A stretch of DNA of 64,000 nucleotides, from the NCBI GenBank assembly GCA_046757405.1, contig JBHHYE010000019.1, positions 103 to 64,102 on the forward strand. The letters are read 5' to 3'. Under the pieces are notes generated by a model. The model saw nothing but the letters and a program-made list of their open reading frames with translations. It had not been told where the DNA came from and did no database searches. Shown here piece by piece: positions 18,537 through 28,030 of this stretch. A program made the position numbers and the translations under genes. Every line of letters starts with the position of its first letter. Within the stretch, counting starts at the first letter, position 1. This DNA comes from Acidobacteriota bacterium. Lineage in GTDB: Bacteria; Acidobacteriota; Polarisedimenticolia; SMYD01.

Positions 18537-20180
18537 TCAGGGGGTCTCCTGGATGCGCCAGGCCAGGGGCCCCGGGTACCAGCCCCAGACACTCAGCGGG
18601 GAGGTCTCGACCCCGGTCAGGCGCCGGGACAGGCCAAGGAGGGTCTTCCGGTAGGCGATGAAGGTATTGGGCTGGTCCCGGTGAAGGATCTCCTGCACCC
18701 GGACGTAGATTTTCCGGCGCTGGGAGCGGTCCACCACCTTCCGCCCTTCCTCGCAGAGACGGTCCATCTCCGGATCGTGGTAGTTGACATAATTCAGCCC
18801 GATCCCCCTGCCCTGCCCCGAATGCCAGAATTCATAGCAATCCGGGTCGGGATCGAGCATCCAGCCGTTCAACATGGCCTGGAACAGGCCGGCGTCCCGC
18901 TGGCGGCGGAAGAGGTTGTACTCCAGGACCCGGAGGCGCATCTGCACTCCGAGAGTGCGCAGGGACTCCTGGAGGAGGGTCGCCAGCTGCACCACCTCCT
19001 GGTTCCCCGCCGGCAGCATCAAGGTGAACCGGAAGGGGGTGTGGTTCCGGTCTCGCAGCCCATCGCCGTCGTGGTCGGACCAGCCTGCCTCCGCCAGCAG
19101 ATCGGCGGACGCGTCCGGGGCGTAGGACCAGGGTGTGATCCGGGCATCAAAGGCCCACATGGACGGGTGGATCAGTGAAGTGGCCACCTGTCCCAGCCCT
19201 TTCAGGATCCGATCCACGAACCGCTGCCGGTCCAGGGCGCGGGTCATGGCCAGGCGCACCCGGCGGTCGCCGAAGAACGGATTGGAGCCGTCCTGGTTCC
19301 AGGCGATGTACCAGACATAGAGAGTGTCCTGGGTGAGCAGCCGGACCTTCCGGCGGAGATCCGGATGGGCCAGGATGCGCTCCCGGTCCAGCGGCCGCAG
19401 GCTGGTGAGATCCAGATCGCCGGCCAGCAAGGCCTGGACCCGGGTGTTGGGATCCGGCAGGGGGTGGAAGACGATCGCCTCGATGCCTGGATGGGGGCCG
19501 AAATACTCCCGGGAGGCGCGCAGGACGATCCGGCTCCCGGCTTCCCAGGAGACGAAGCGGTACGGTCCGGTTCCCACCGGAGACCGGTTGGCGGAAGCCT
19601 CCAGGAAATCCCGGCTGGCGTACAGGTGCCGCGGGAGGATGGGGAGGGCCTCCCAGACCTGCACGGCGCGGGCATACGGTTCGCGGCGGATGATGCGGAT
19701 GGTGTCGTCATCGAGGACCTGGTGCGAGGTCACCGTCTCGAAATAGGCGCGCTTGCCCGTGGCCAGGGAGGCCGGGTCCAGGACCTTTTCCAGGGTGAAG
19801 GCGACATCCCTGGCGGTGAAAGGAGCGCCATCGTGCCAGCGGACGCCGGGACGCAGGTGGAACGTGACGATCCGGCCGCCATCCTCGCTCTCCCAGGAGC
19901 TGGCGAGCCGGGGAACCAGGTTCATGCCCCGGTCAAAATCGACCAGCGGATCGCAGATCAGCTTGCCGATGGTGCGGGTGCTGTGATCGTTCTGGGTGAT
20001 GAAGTTCAGACTGGCCGGCTCCGTGGAGAGGTAGGCGTTGAGGACGGCTCCCGCGCGGCCCTGGCCCCGGCAACCGCCGTGCGCGGCCAGAACGAGGGCG
20101 GCCCCGGCCAGAAGGGCCAGGCGGGACCTGGCAGCCGGAGAAGAAGGGAATCGGGGGAGCACGAGAAAGCATGCTAACAC
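18537..20180 (-). CDS. ABC transporter substrate-binding protein, family 5 (peptide/nickel)
   Basis: Signal peptide; LNAYLSTEPASLNFITQNDHSTRTIGKLICDPLVDFD...VRWHDGAPFTARDVAFTL typical of SBP_bac_5. Confidence 0.8.
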   Translation of the reverse strand: MLACFLVLPRFPSSPAARSRLALLAGAALVLAAHGGCRGQGRAGAVLNAYLSTEPASLNFITQNDHSTRTIGKLICDPLVDFDRGMNLVPRLASSWESEDGGRIVTFHLRPGVRWHDGAPFTARDVAFTLEKVLDPASLATGKRAYFETVTSHQVLDDDTIRIIRREPYARAVQVWEALPILPRHLYASRDFLEASANRSPVGTGPYRFVSWEAGSRIVLRASREYFGPHPGIEAIVFHPLPDPNTRVQALLAGDLDLTSLRPLDRERILAHPDLRRKVRLLTQDTLYVWYIAWNQDGSNPFFGDRRVRLAMTRALDRQRFVDRILKGLGQVATSLIHPSMWAFDARITPWSYAPDASADLLAEAGWSDHDGDGLRDRNHTPFRFTLMLPAGNQEVVQLATLLQESLRTLGVQMRLRVLEYNLFRRQRDAGLFQAMLNGWMLDPDPDCYEFWHSGQGRGIGLNYVNYHDPEMDRLCEEGRKVVDRSQRRKIYVRVQEILHRDQPNTFIAYRKTLLGLSRRLTGVETSPLSVWGWYPGPLAWRIQETP

Positions 20181-20238
20181 GCCCGCGGCGGGTGCCAGGC
20201 ACCTCTCAGGGCGTTGGTGCGGAGTGCGGCCGGCGACC

Positions 20239-22194
20239 TCACATCCGGGGGGGAACCTCGATACCCATCAGCCCGAGGAGCCGGGTCATGGTCCGGCAAA
20301 AAAGCCGGACCAGAAGGATTCTCCTCTGTCGCGCGTCGCGATCCGTCTCGGCCAGCACCGGGAAACGGTGATAAAAGGTGTTGAAGATCTGGGCCATGGT
20401 GAAAGCATACCGGGCGATGCCGGCCATTTCCTGCTTCTGGACGCTCTCGGCCACCACGCTGCCCATGAGGGCGCAGCTGCGCGCCACGGTCCACTCCCCG
20501 GAAGGCGGCTCCGGCGCGGGCGCGGCCAGCCACTCCGGGGCGAGGCTCTCGAGGGAGTCGGGCGGTGTTTCATGGCGGGCGGAGAATTTCTTGAGGATGT
20601 TGTTGGCCCGCACGAGGCTGTACTGGACGTACGGCCCGGTCTCTCCCTCGAAGGCCAGGACCTCGCCGAAGTCGAAGGCGATCACCCGGTTGCGCGTGAA
20701 GCGCAGCATGAAATACCGGAGGGCTCCGGCCGCGACGCGTTCCGCGATGGCGGCGACCTTGCCGCCCTCCATGTCCGGATTCCGCTTGCGGACTTCCTGG
20801 GTGGCCCGCTCCAGGAGGCGGTCCAGAAGGTCGTCCGCCTTGACGCCCAGCCCGCGCCGGCCCGCCATCTCCACGTACGACCGCTGGCGGCCGTTCTCTC
20901 CCACGTCCTGTCCCAGCTCCCTGGCGCAGGAGGGGGTCAGCCCGACCATCTCGTAGGCGAAATGGTGAGACTGGCGCCCCTGCTCGTGGTGCCCCAGGCA
21001 GGCCAGCCCCTTGGCCACGATCTTCTGGGGGTAGGCCTGCCGCCGGTCGATGACGTTGTACACGATGGAGCCATGCCCGAAGGAGGGGGGGTTCGGCTCG
21101 CCGGGACCGCTGGTGGTGATCCAGAGGGTGCGTCCGCGCGCGTCCGTCCGGAACTGCAGGTAATGGAAGTCCTGACCGAGGAGCCCGAACTTCCAGAGCT
21201 GGTAGGCGATGTCCTTGCCCGTATAGGTGACCGTGCCGTCGGAGCGCACCAGAACCTTCTGCGTGTCCTGGATGTCGGCAAACTCGGGATCGTCGGCCAG
21301 GTCCATGACCCAGCAGCCGGCGTTGCGCCCTTCCTGGATCAGGTGGATCGCCCCGCGCTCCCGGAGAAGCGCGAAAGCACGCTTCCAGAAATGCAGGTGC
21401 AGGATATCGCTCTCCCGCGGCAGGAGGTCGTAATGAACTCCGATCCGCGCCATGGTCTCCAGGTGGCGGCTCACGACCCGCCGGACCACCTCCTCCGCCA
21501 GGGCGGCGGTGGGGTTGTTTCCTTTCTCCATGCACTGGAGCACCTCGCCCCGCCGGGCGCGCGCCCCGGGCCTCTCCGCGAACAGGGCGGTCACCCGGGC
21601 ATAGAGATCCCAGCAAAAATAATCGAACCGCTCCACCTGCCGGGCCACCTGGGCGGGGGCGTCCACGTCCAGGTCCTCGAAGCCGACCACCAGGTCAGCC
21701 ACCTGAACGCCGGTATCGTCGATGTAATTCTGGACCTCGACCTGGTGTCCCAGGTAGCGCAAGGATCGGACCAGCGTGTCGCCGAGAACGGCATTGCGGA
21801 GATGTCCCACATGGGCCGCTTTGTTGGGATTGATGTTGGTGTGTTCCACGATGACCTTGCCGATCCGGCCGGGAGACGGAGGAGGCGCTCCCGGGTCGGC
21901 CAGCAGCTCCAGGAGCCAGCGAGGCCGGTCCAGAAAAGCATTCACGTAACCGGCGCCCGCCACCTCCGCCCGCGCGACTCCCGGAATGCGGCCCAGGTCC
22001 TCCGCCACCTCGCGGGCGATCTCGCGAGGCGGCCGCCGCAGCGACCGGGCCAGCTCGAAGCAGACGGGAAAGGCCAGGTCGCCCAGGGCCGGGTCCGGCG
22101 GGGAGGACGCCGCGATCCGGGGCGACTCCAGATGGAACCGCCGGCGGATGGCAGCGGACAAGGCGGTCTCGATGCGATGCACCATCCCGTTCAC
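20239..22194 (-). CDS. argS: arginine--tRNA ligase
   Basis: KVIVEHTNINPNKAAHVGHLRNAVLGD (HIGH region) and a C-terminal anticodon-binding domain; full length 651 aa. Confidence 0.9.
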   Translation of the reverse strand: MNGMVHRIETALSAAIRRRFHLESPRIAASSPPDPALGDLAFPVCFELARSLRRPPREIAREVAEDLGRIPGVARAEVAGAGYVNAFLDRPRWLLELLADPGAPPPSPGRIGKVIVEHTNINPNKAAHVGHLRNAVLGDTLVRSLRYLGHQVEVQNYIDDTGVQVADLVVGFEDLDVDAPAQVARQVERFDYFCWDLYARVTALFAERPGARARRGEVLQCMEKGNNPTAALAEEVVRRVVSRHLETMARIGVHYDLLPRESDILHLHFWKRAFALLRERGAIHLIQEGRNAGCWVMDLADDPEFADIQDTQKVLVRSDGTVTYTGKDIAYQLWKFGLLGQDFHYLQFRTDARGRTLWITTSGPGEPNPPSFGHGSIVYNVIDRRQAYPQKIVAKGLACLGHHEQGRQSHHFAYEMVGLTPSCARELGQDVGENGRQRSYVEMAGRRGLGVKADDLLDRLLERATQEVRKRNPDMEGGKVAAIAERVAAGALRYFMLRFTRNRVIAFDFGEVLAFEGETGPYVQYSLVRANNILKKFSARHETPPDSLESLAPEWLAAPAPEPPSGEWTVARSCALMGSVVAESVQKQEMAGIARYAFTMAQIFNTFYHRFPVLAETDRDARQRRILLVRLFCRTMTRLLGLMGIEVPPRM

Positions 22195-22309
22195 GTTCGC
22201 CTCCTGGCGAGGGGACGCGGATCATAATGGCGGCCGCGGCGCGTGGCAACATGGCAGGCGCACACGGCCGTTGGCGGATTCCTCGCCGGCGGGAGTGTGC
22301 TTTCCTTTG

Positions 22310-23485
22310 ATGGTCATGAGACCTGGCCTCACAGGGGTCGCGGCGCTGGCCGGGGCGCTGGTATGCCTCGGATGCGCCGGGCGCGGCGAAGAGGGAGAGG
22401 CGGCCGACCGTCTGATGGCGCGGGCGGAGAAGGCGGCGCTTGCGGGAAAGACGGCCGAGGCCAACGAGATCCTCTTGAAGATCCTGGCCGCTCACCCGCG
22501 CCGGGAGGACGCCCTGGTGGCGCACGGCCGTCTCCTGGCCAGTGAAGGAGACATCGCCGCGGCGGCGGACGTGTACCTGCGTCTCGCGGCGTTGCGCCCG
22601 GCCAACGGCCGTTACGCCCTGAGTGCCGGGTCGTACCTGGAGGTCGCCCACCGCTATCAGGAGGCGGAGCCGCTCCTCCGCCGCGCCACCCTTCTGCGGC
22701 CCGACGATCCGGATGCCCGCTACCGGTTCGGCCTGCATCTTGACTACGATGGGCGCAGTCAGGAGGCGATCCACCACCTGGAGCGGGCCCGGGAGCTGGC
22801 TCCCCGCCGCACCGACGTGTCCCTCTCCCTGGCCCAGGCTCTCGACCGGGTGGCCCGTTTCCAGGAAGCCCTGGGCGTGCTGGACCAGTCCCTGGCCATG
22901 GCGGCGGATGATGTCAATCTTCTTTATCACCGGGGCTTGATCCGTTTCCACGCGGGCGAACCGGCCGGTGCGGCTGCGGACCTTTCCCGGGCGCTCGAGG
23001 CGGACCCCGACCTCGCGGGAGCTCGCTACGCGCTGGCCCGGGCGCTCCTTGCCGCCGGGAAAGAGGCGGAGGGGCAACGGGAGATGGAGCGGTTCGCCGC
23101 CGAGGAAGAAAAGGGGCGGCAGCGGCGGCTGGCGCAGCGCTGGGAGCTCATGACGGGCTCCGAGGATCGAGTGGAGCGCCGCCGCCACCTGGAGGACCTG
23201 GTGCTGGCGGATCCTGGCAACGCCGAGGCCCACCGGCTTCTGGGAGCGGCCTACGCCCGGGAGGGAGATTACCAGCAGGCGTTGGCCTCCTACGAGCGGG
23301 CGGCGCGCCTGGATCCGGACGGCAGGTTGTTTCTCAAGGAGCGTGTCCGGCTTCTGGTGGGCCTCGATCGGAAGGCGGAGGCCCGGGCCCTGATCCAGGA
23401 CGGCCTGAAAGCCGACCCTGGCGATGCGGACTGGCGGCGCCTGCGGCAGATGGCGCGCCCGGCGCCGGGACCGGGCGGGCCTTGA
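22310..23485 (+). CDS. TPR-repeat lipoprotein
   Basis: Lipobox ALVCLGC; multiple TPR units (AHPRREDALVAHGRLL..., DPDARYRFGLHL..., NAEAHRLLGAAYAREGDYQQAL). Confidence 0.7.
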   Translation: MVMRPGLTGVAALAGALVCLGCAGRGEEGEAADRLMARAEKAALAGKTAEANEILLKILAAHPRREDALVAHGRLLASEGDIAAAADVYLRLAALRPANGRYALSAGSYLEVAHRYQEAEPLLRRATLLRPDDPDARYRFGLHLDYDGRSQEAIHHLERARELAPRRTDVSLSLAQALDRVARFQEALGVLDQSLAMAADDVNLLYHRGLIRFHAGEPAGAAADLSRALEADPDLAGARYALARALLAAGKEAEGQREMERFAAEEEKGRQRRLAQRWELMTGSEDRVERRRHLEDLVLADPGNAEAHRLLGAAYAREGDYQQALASYERAARLDPDGRLFLKERVRLLVGLDRKAEARALIQDGLKADPGDADWRRLRQMARPAPGPGGP

Positions 23486-25215
23486 GCTCGAGGATCTGCC
23501 TGATCGGAGCCTGTCTCCTGGCCGCCTGCGCGGGAGGTGAAACCGGCCGCCGGCCTGCGGCGCCGGCGCCGGCGACGGTTCCGGACGGAGAGGTTCGGTT
23601 CGCGGAGGTCGGCCGGACGGCGGGACTGGCTTTCCATCAGGTCTCCGGGGATCCCGAGCGAAAGCTCCAGATCTACGAGTCCCTCTCGGGCGGGGTCGCG
23701 TGGCTGGACTATGACGGAGACGGCTGGATGGATCTCTATCTGGTCAACGGGGCGCACAAGCTCACCCTCCAGGCCCCGCCGCCCGGGGAGCGCACCACGA
23801 GCGCCCTTTACCGGAATCAAGGGGACGGCCGTTTCCGCGAAGTGACCGAGGAGGCCGGGCTTTCCGACTGGCGCTGGGGTATGGGGGCGGCCGTGGCCGA
23901 CCACGACAACGACGGGGATCCGGATCTCTATGTGACGCACCTGGGCCCCAACGCCCTGTGGCGCAACAACGGAGACGGCACGTTCACCGACGTGGCGGCG
24001 GAAGCCGGGGTGGACGATCCGGGACCGAGCACCGGGGCCGCTTTCGGCGACGTGGACGCGGACGGCTGGCTGGACCTGTACGTGGGCAATTACGTCCAGG
24101 TTCATGCGGACCGGCCCCTGCCCGAACCGGAAGATCTCTGCCGCTATCGTGGAGTGAGAGTCGCCTGCGGTCCCAAGGGATTGCCACCGGCAGCCGATCG
24201 GATGTTCCGCAACCGGGGAGACGGCACCTTCCAGGCGGTCACGGAATCTTCCGGGATCGGGACCCCGACGCCGCGATACAGCCTTGACGTGCTCTTTTTG
24301 GATGTGGACGACGATGGAGACGCCGACATCTACGTGGCGGTGGACAACGGACCGAGCCTTCTCTTCATCAATGATGGGGCGGGGAAGTTCGTGGATCGCG
24401 GGCTCCTGGAAGGGGTCGCCCTTTCGGAGGCTGGCCTCACCCAGGCCGGGATGGGCGCCGATGCCACGGACTTCGACGGGGACGGCCTCCAGGATATTGT
24501 CAAGACCAACTTCGAGACCGAGCCTTTCAATCTTTACCGGAACTCCTCCACCGGCCTGTTCACGGACCATGCTTTTCACGCCGGCCTGTCGGCGACGATC
24601 AAGCCACTCGGTTTCGGGGCGGTTTTTCTCGACGCCAACCGCGATGGATGGCCGGATCTTTTCTTCGCCAACGGACATGTCCATCCCTGGACCGGCGAGA
24701 CGCCCGGGCCGTTCCCTTACCCGCAGGCGAACCTCCTCCTCCTGGCGCGGCGGGCCGGGGGACGGGTGTGGTTCGAGGACGTGTCCGGCCAGGCCGGGCC
24801 CGGCCTGGCGGTGAGGAAGGTCAGCCGCGGCGTCGCCGTGGCCGACTACGATGGGGACGGCGACCTGGACCTGGCCATCAACAACCTGGATGACACGCCG
24901 GATCTTCTCAGGAACGATTCCCGGCCGGGGGGAGGCTGGCTGGCGGTGCGCACCCGGGGCACGGTCTCGAACCGGGACGGGTACGGGGCCCGGGTGACCC
25001 TCCTCGCCGGGAGCCACCGCCAGGTGCGTGAAGTGCGCGCCAGCAAGGGGTACCTCTCGTCGTCCGATCCGACGGTTTTCTTCGGTCTGGGTCCGGCCCG
25101 AAGCGTGGAGGAGCTGGAGGTGCGCTGGCCCACGCGGCGCCGGGAGCGGTTCCAGGTCCCCGGGGTGAACCGGACCATCACCGTGCGCGAGGGAGAGGGG
25201 GAGGCGGTTCCGTGA
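23482..25215 (+). CDS. CRTAC1-family protein (FG-GAP/VCBS repeats with C-terminal ASPIC/UnbV domain), lipoprotein
   Basis: Lipobox LLAAC; repeated DxDGDGxxD FG-GAP-like units; C-terminal GYGARVTLLAG...SKGYLSSSDPTVFFGLG UnbV_ASPIC signature; TTG start overlaps the TPR gene stop (TTGA). Confidence 0.8.
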   Translation: MSSRICLIGACLLAACAGGETGRRPAAPAPATVPDGEVRFAEVGRTAGLAFHQVSGDPERKLQIYESLSGGVAWLDYDGDGWMDLYLVNGAHKLTLQAPPPGERTTSALYRNQGDGRFREVTEEAGLSDWRWGMGAAVADHDNDGDPDLYVTHLGPNALWRNNGDGTFTDVAAEAGVDDPGPSTGAAFGDVDADGWLDLYVGNYVQVHADRPLPEPEDLCRYRGVRVACGPKGLPPAADRMFRNRGDGTFQAVTESSGIGTPTPRYSLDVLFLDVDDDGDADIYVAVDNGPSLLFINDGAGKFVDRGLLEGVALSEAGLTQAGMGADATDFDGDGLQDIVKTNFETEPFNLYRNSSTGLFTDHAFHAGLSATIKPLGFGAVFLDANRDGWPDLFFANGHVHPWTGETPGPFPYPQANLLLLARRAGGRVWFEDVSGQAGPGLAVRKVSRGVAVADYDGDGDLDLAINNLDDTPDLLRNDSRPGGGWLAVRTRGTVSNRDGYGARVTLLAGSHRQVREVRASKGYLSSSDPTVFFGLGPARSVEELEVRWPTRRRERFQVPGVNRTITVREGEGEAVP

Positions 25216-25930
25216 GCCCGCGGACGGGGCGTTCCTTCGCAGGTGGGGCGATGACCACAGTTATCTCCCCCTTGACCTGATCCCGGGAGGTGAAGAGGGC
25301 GGCCAGCCGCTCCAGGCGATCCACCCGCACCTCCTCGTGGCGCTTGGTCATCTCCCGGCAGACGGCCGCGATCCGGGAACCGAGGATGTCCGCCATGTCG
25401 CCCAGGGACCGGGCGAGGCGGTGAGGCGATTCGAACAGCACCAGGGTATGGGGAAGGGGCGCGACCTCCGAGAGCCTCTTGCGGCGCGGTCCGCGCCGCG
25501 GCGGGAGGAAGCCCAGGAAGGTGAACGGCTGACCGGGCAAGCCGGAGACCGCCAGGGCGGTCAGCAGGGCGGAGGGGCCGGGGATGGCCACCACCGGCCG
25601 GCCGGCGGCGCGGGCCGCCCGCACCAGGAGGAACCCGGGGTCGGAGACGGTGGGTGTTCCGGCATCGGTGACCAGGGCCACGCTGCGGCCCTCCACCAGG
25701 CTGGCCACCAGGCGGGGCGCTTGGCGGCGCTCGTTGTGGGCATGGTAGGAGATCGTCTTGCGGGGAATCTCGTGGCGGGCCAGCAAGCGGGCGGTCATCC
25801 GGCTGTCTTCACAGGCAAGGAGATCCACCTGCCCGAGAATCTGGAGGCACCGCCGGCTCACGTCTCCCAGATTGCCGATCGGAGTGGCGACCAGGTAGAG
25901 GACGCCCGCGGCTGGCTCGGAATCAGTCAC
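25178..25930 (-). CDS. rsmI: 16S rRNA (cytidine1402-2'-O)-methyltransferase
   Basis: LYLVATPIGNLGDVS...LLACEDSRMTARLL...LVTDAGTPTVSDPG tetrapyrrole-methylase fold, RsmI type. Confidence 0.85.
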   Translation of the reverse strand: MTDSEPAAGVLYLVATPIGNLGDVSRRCLQILGQVDLLACEDSRMTARLLARHEIPRKTISYHAHNERRQAPRLVASLVEGRSVALVTDAGTPTVSDPGFLLVRAARAAGRPVVAIPGPSALLTALAVSGLPGQPFTFLGFLPPRRGPRRKRLSEVAPLPHTLVLFESPHRLARSLGDMADILGSRIAAVCREMTKRHEEVRVDRLERLAALFTSRDQVKGEITVVIAPPAKERPVRGLTEPPPPLPRAR

Positions 25931-26816
25931 TGCCCCAGCGGTCCCAGTCCCGCGAGTAGCGGAAGTCCATTCCCACGGTCCGATGGGAGAGCTTGGCGAC
26001 CGGCGGAAACCGGCGCTTGAACTGGCTGCGCCGGATCATGGCCCGCACGCGGCGGATGAGCGCGGGATCGAACCCTTCTTCCAGGAGCCGGTCCGGAGGG
26101 AGGCGATGGTCGATCATGCGAACCAGGAGGCGATCGACCGCAGCGTAGCTGAATCCCAGCTCGGACTCGTCGGTCTGCCCCTTCCAGAGGTCCGCGCTGG
26201 GAGGACGCTCCAGGATCGGCGCGGGCACGCCGATATGGAGGGCCAGGGCCCGCACCTGGGTCTTGTACAGGTCGCCGATCGGCAGCAGGGCACAGGCCGC
26301 GTCCCCGTGCAGGGTGGTGTAGCCCAGCAGAATCTCGGTCTTGTTGGAGGTTCCCACCACCAGCATCTGGTCGCGGGCGGACAGGTCGTACAGGACGATC
26401 ATGCGCAACCGGGCGAGCACATTGCCGCGCCGGCGCCGGGCCGACTTGGGAAGGGAAGCCAGATAGGGGGCCGCCATGCCGGTGATGGACACCGTTTCCA
26501 GCGGGATGGAGGCGGCCTCCGCCACCGAGGCGGCCAGATGGAGACTGGCGGGATCGGACTCCCTGAACGGGAGCGCCACGGCCCGCACCGAGCCGGCTCC
26601 CAGCCCCTCGGCCGCCAGCAGGGCGGTGACCGAGGAATCGAGTCCTCCGGAGAGGCCGATGATGGCCCCTTTGAAGCCATGACGGCGGATGCTGTCGCGG
26701 AGGAACCGGCTGATGATCCGCCGGGCCAGCGAGGGGTCGACCCGCAGCAGATCAGCGGGCGAGCGCGCCTTGGTATGGGAGGACGAAACCGTAAGGTGTC
26801 TGGCCATGGTTGACAC
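25923..26816 (-). CDS. nadE: NAD+ synthetase (synthetase domain only, NH3-dependent type)
   Basis: GAIIGLSGGLDSSVTALLA (PP-loop SGGxDS), LVVGTSNKTEILLGYTTLHGD. Confidence 0.85.
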   Translation of the reverse strand: MSTMARHLTVSSSHTKARSPADLLRVDPSLARRIISRFLRDSIRRHGFKGAIIGLSGGLDSSVTALLAAEGLGAGSVRAVALPFRESDPASLHLAASVAEAASIPLETVSITGMAAPYLASLPKSARRRRGNVLARLRMIVLYDLSARDQMLVVGTSNKTEILLGYTTLHGDAACALLPIGDLYKTQVRALALHIGVPAPILERPPSADLWKGQTDESELGFSYAAVDRLLVRMIDHRLPPDRLLEEGFDPALIRRVRAMIRRSQFKRRFPPVAKLSHRTVGMDFRYSRDWDRWGSD

Positions 26817-27010
26817 GCATCTAAACTGCCGAATGGGGCTCCCCGTAAGGTTCCTATCTATTTGTTTTTCTTGACGTTCCGGTGCCTTGGCTGTATCTCT
26901 TGAGCATCGTCGTCTGTCAGATTATTGCACGAGGTGGATGTTGGAGAGAGGGGGTACTTCCAACATTCTGTCCAGGCCGGGCAGGGCAACCTGTCCGGCC
27001 TCTTTTGTCG

Positions 27011-27893
27011 TCACTCCGGGCGGTCCGTTCCGGTGCGCGCCTTCAGGATCCGCCCGAGCTCCCGGTGGACCAGATCCGGCCGTTCGTCTCTTCTCAGCGG
27101 GCTGATGATGCGGGCCCGGCGGAGGTCCCGCCGGTCCAGCTCGACGGTGGCTGAGGCCTCTTTCAGGGCAGGGAGCTCGGCCAGAAGCCTCCCATCGGGA
27201 GCGTAGACCCTGGACCCCCCCGCGAAGGTGTGCCCGTCCTCCACCCCCACCCGTCCCACATACGCCACGAACTGCGTATGGGAGCGTGCGGTGGTCCGGG
27301 CGAACAGGCGCCAGGCAGCTTCCGATTCTAGATGGGTGTCTCCGATTCCCCGGGCCGGGCTGCTGGAGATGGTCACCAGGAGATCCCCCCCTTCCAGGGC
27401 CAGGAGATACGCCAGGGCCGGGTGCCAGAGATCCTCGCAAACCAGGAGCCCGGTGCGCCCGAAGGAAGAGTCGAAGGCGGCCACCCGATCTCCGGCGGCA
27501 AAGTCGCGTCCTTCATCGAAGAGAGTGTAAGTGGGTAAATAGATCTTCCGGTGGCGCCAGAGAACCCGCCCGCCGCTGAGCCAGATGGCGCTGTTGTAGC
27601 TGCGGCCGTCTGCCCCGGCTTCCACGAGCCCCAGAACGATGTCGATATCCCGGGACGCCTGCTTGAGCGGCGCCAGGAGAGGCGCAGTCTCGGGGACCAG
27701 GGCCACCTCGGCCACCAGGTCACGCAGCCAGTACCCGGTCAGGGAAAGTTCCGGGAACACGATGAGATCGCAGTGCTCCCGGCGCGCGGCGGCGATCTGT
27801 TCCAGGTGGAGATCCCGGTTGGCCTCGAGATCTCCCAGGGACGGGGCGATCTGCGCCACGTGAATGCGGAAGAATGGTGAGTGTTGCGCCAAT
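27011..27893 (-). CDS. carbon-nitrogen hydrolase (nitrilase superfamily), likely stand-alone glutaminase partner of NadE
   Basis: IVFPELSLTGY (catalytic Glu), RHRKIYLP (Lys), LLVCEDLWHP (Cys); start uncertain (TTG ~27893 or GTG ~27860); the track ORF is artificially extended to 28612. Confidence 0.7.
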
Positions 27894-28030
27894 AAAAATC
27901 TCGCCTGGGCGGTCGCAAGGCGGGTCCTCAAGAGCTGGATCTTACCACTCGCCTCGGCCTGCGGACCGCATGCCGCAATCCTCCTGAGCCAGGCGAGACG
28001 ATATGCTACTTTGCCCGATGGAGGAACGAA

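Noticed and set aside
20038-25017. Long ORFs antisense to argS, the TPR gene and the CRTAC1-like gene (729, 512, 575 aa)
   Set aside because: Each opposes a gene with clear family motifs. Their composition is Arg/Gly/Pro-rich, consistent with a GC artefact.
26975-27007. GGCCGGGCAGG…CCTGTCCGGCC hairpin followed by TCTTTTG on the + strand
   Set aside because: It would be a + strand terminator, but no + strand gene ends here. It lies in the nadE upstream region between two minus-strand genes. The stem has a mismatch, so it is only a weak candidate.
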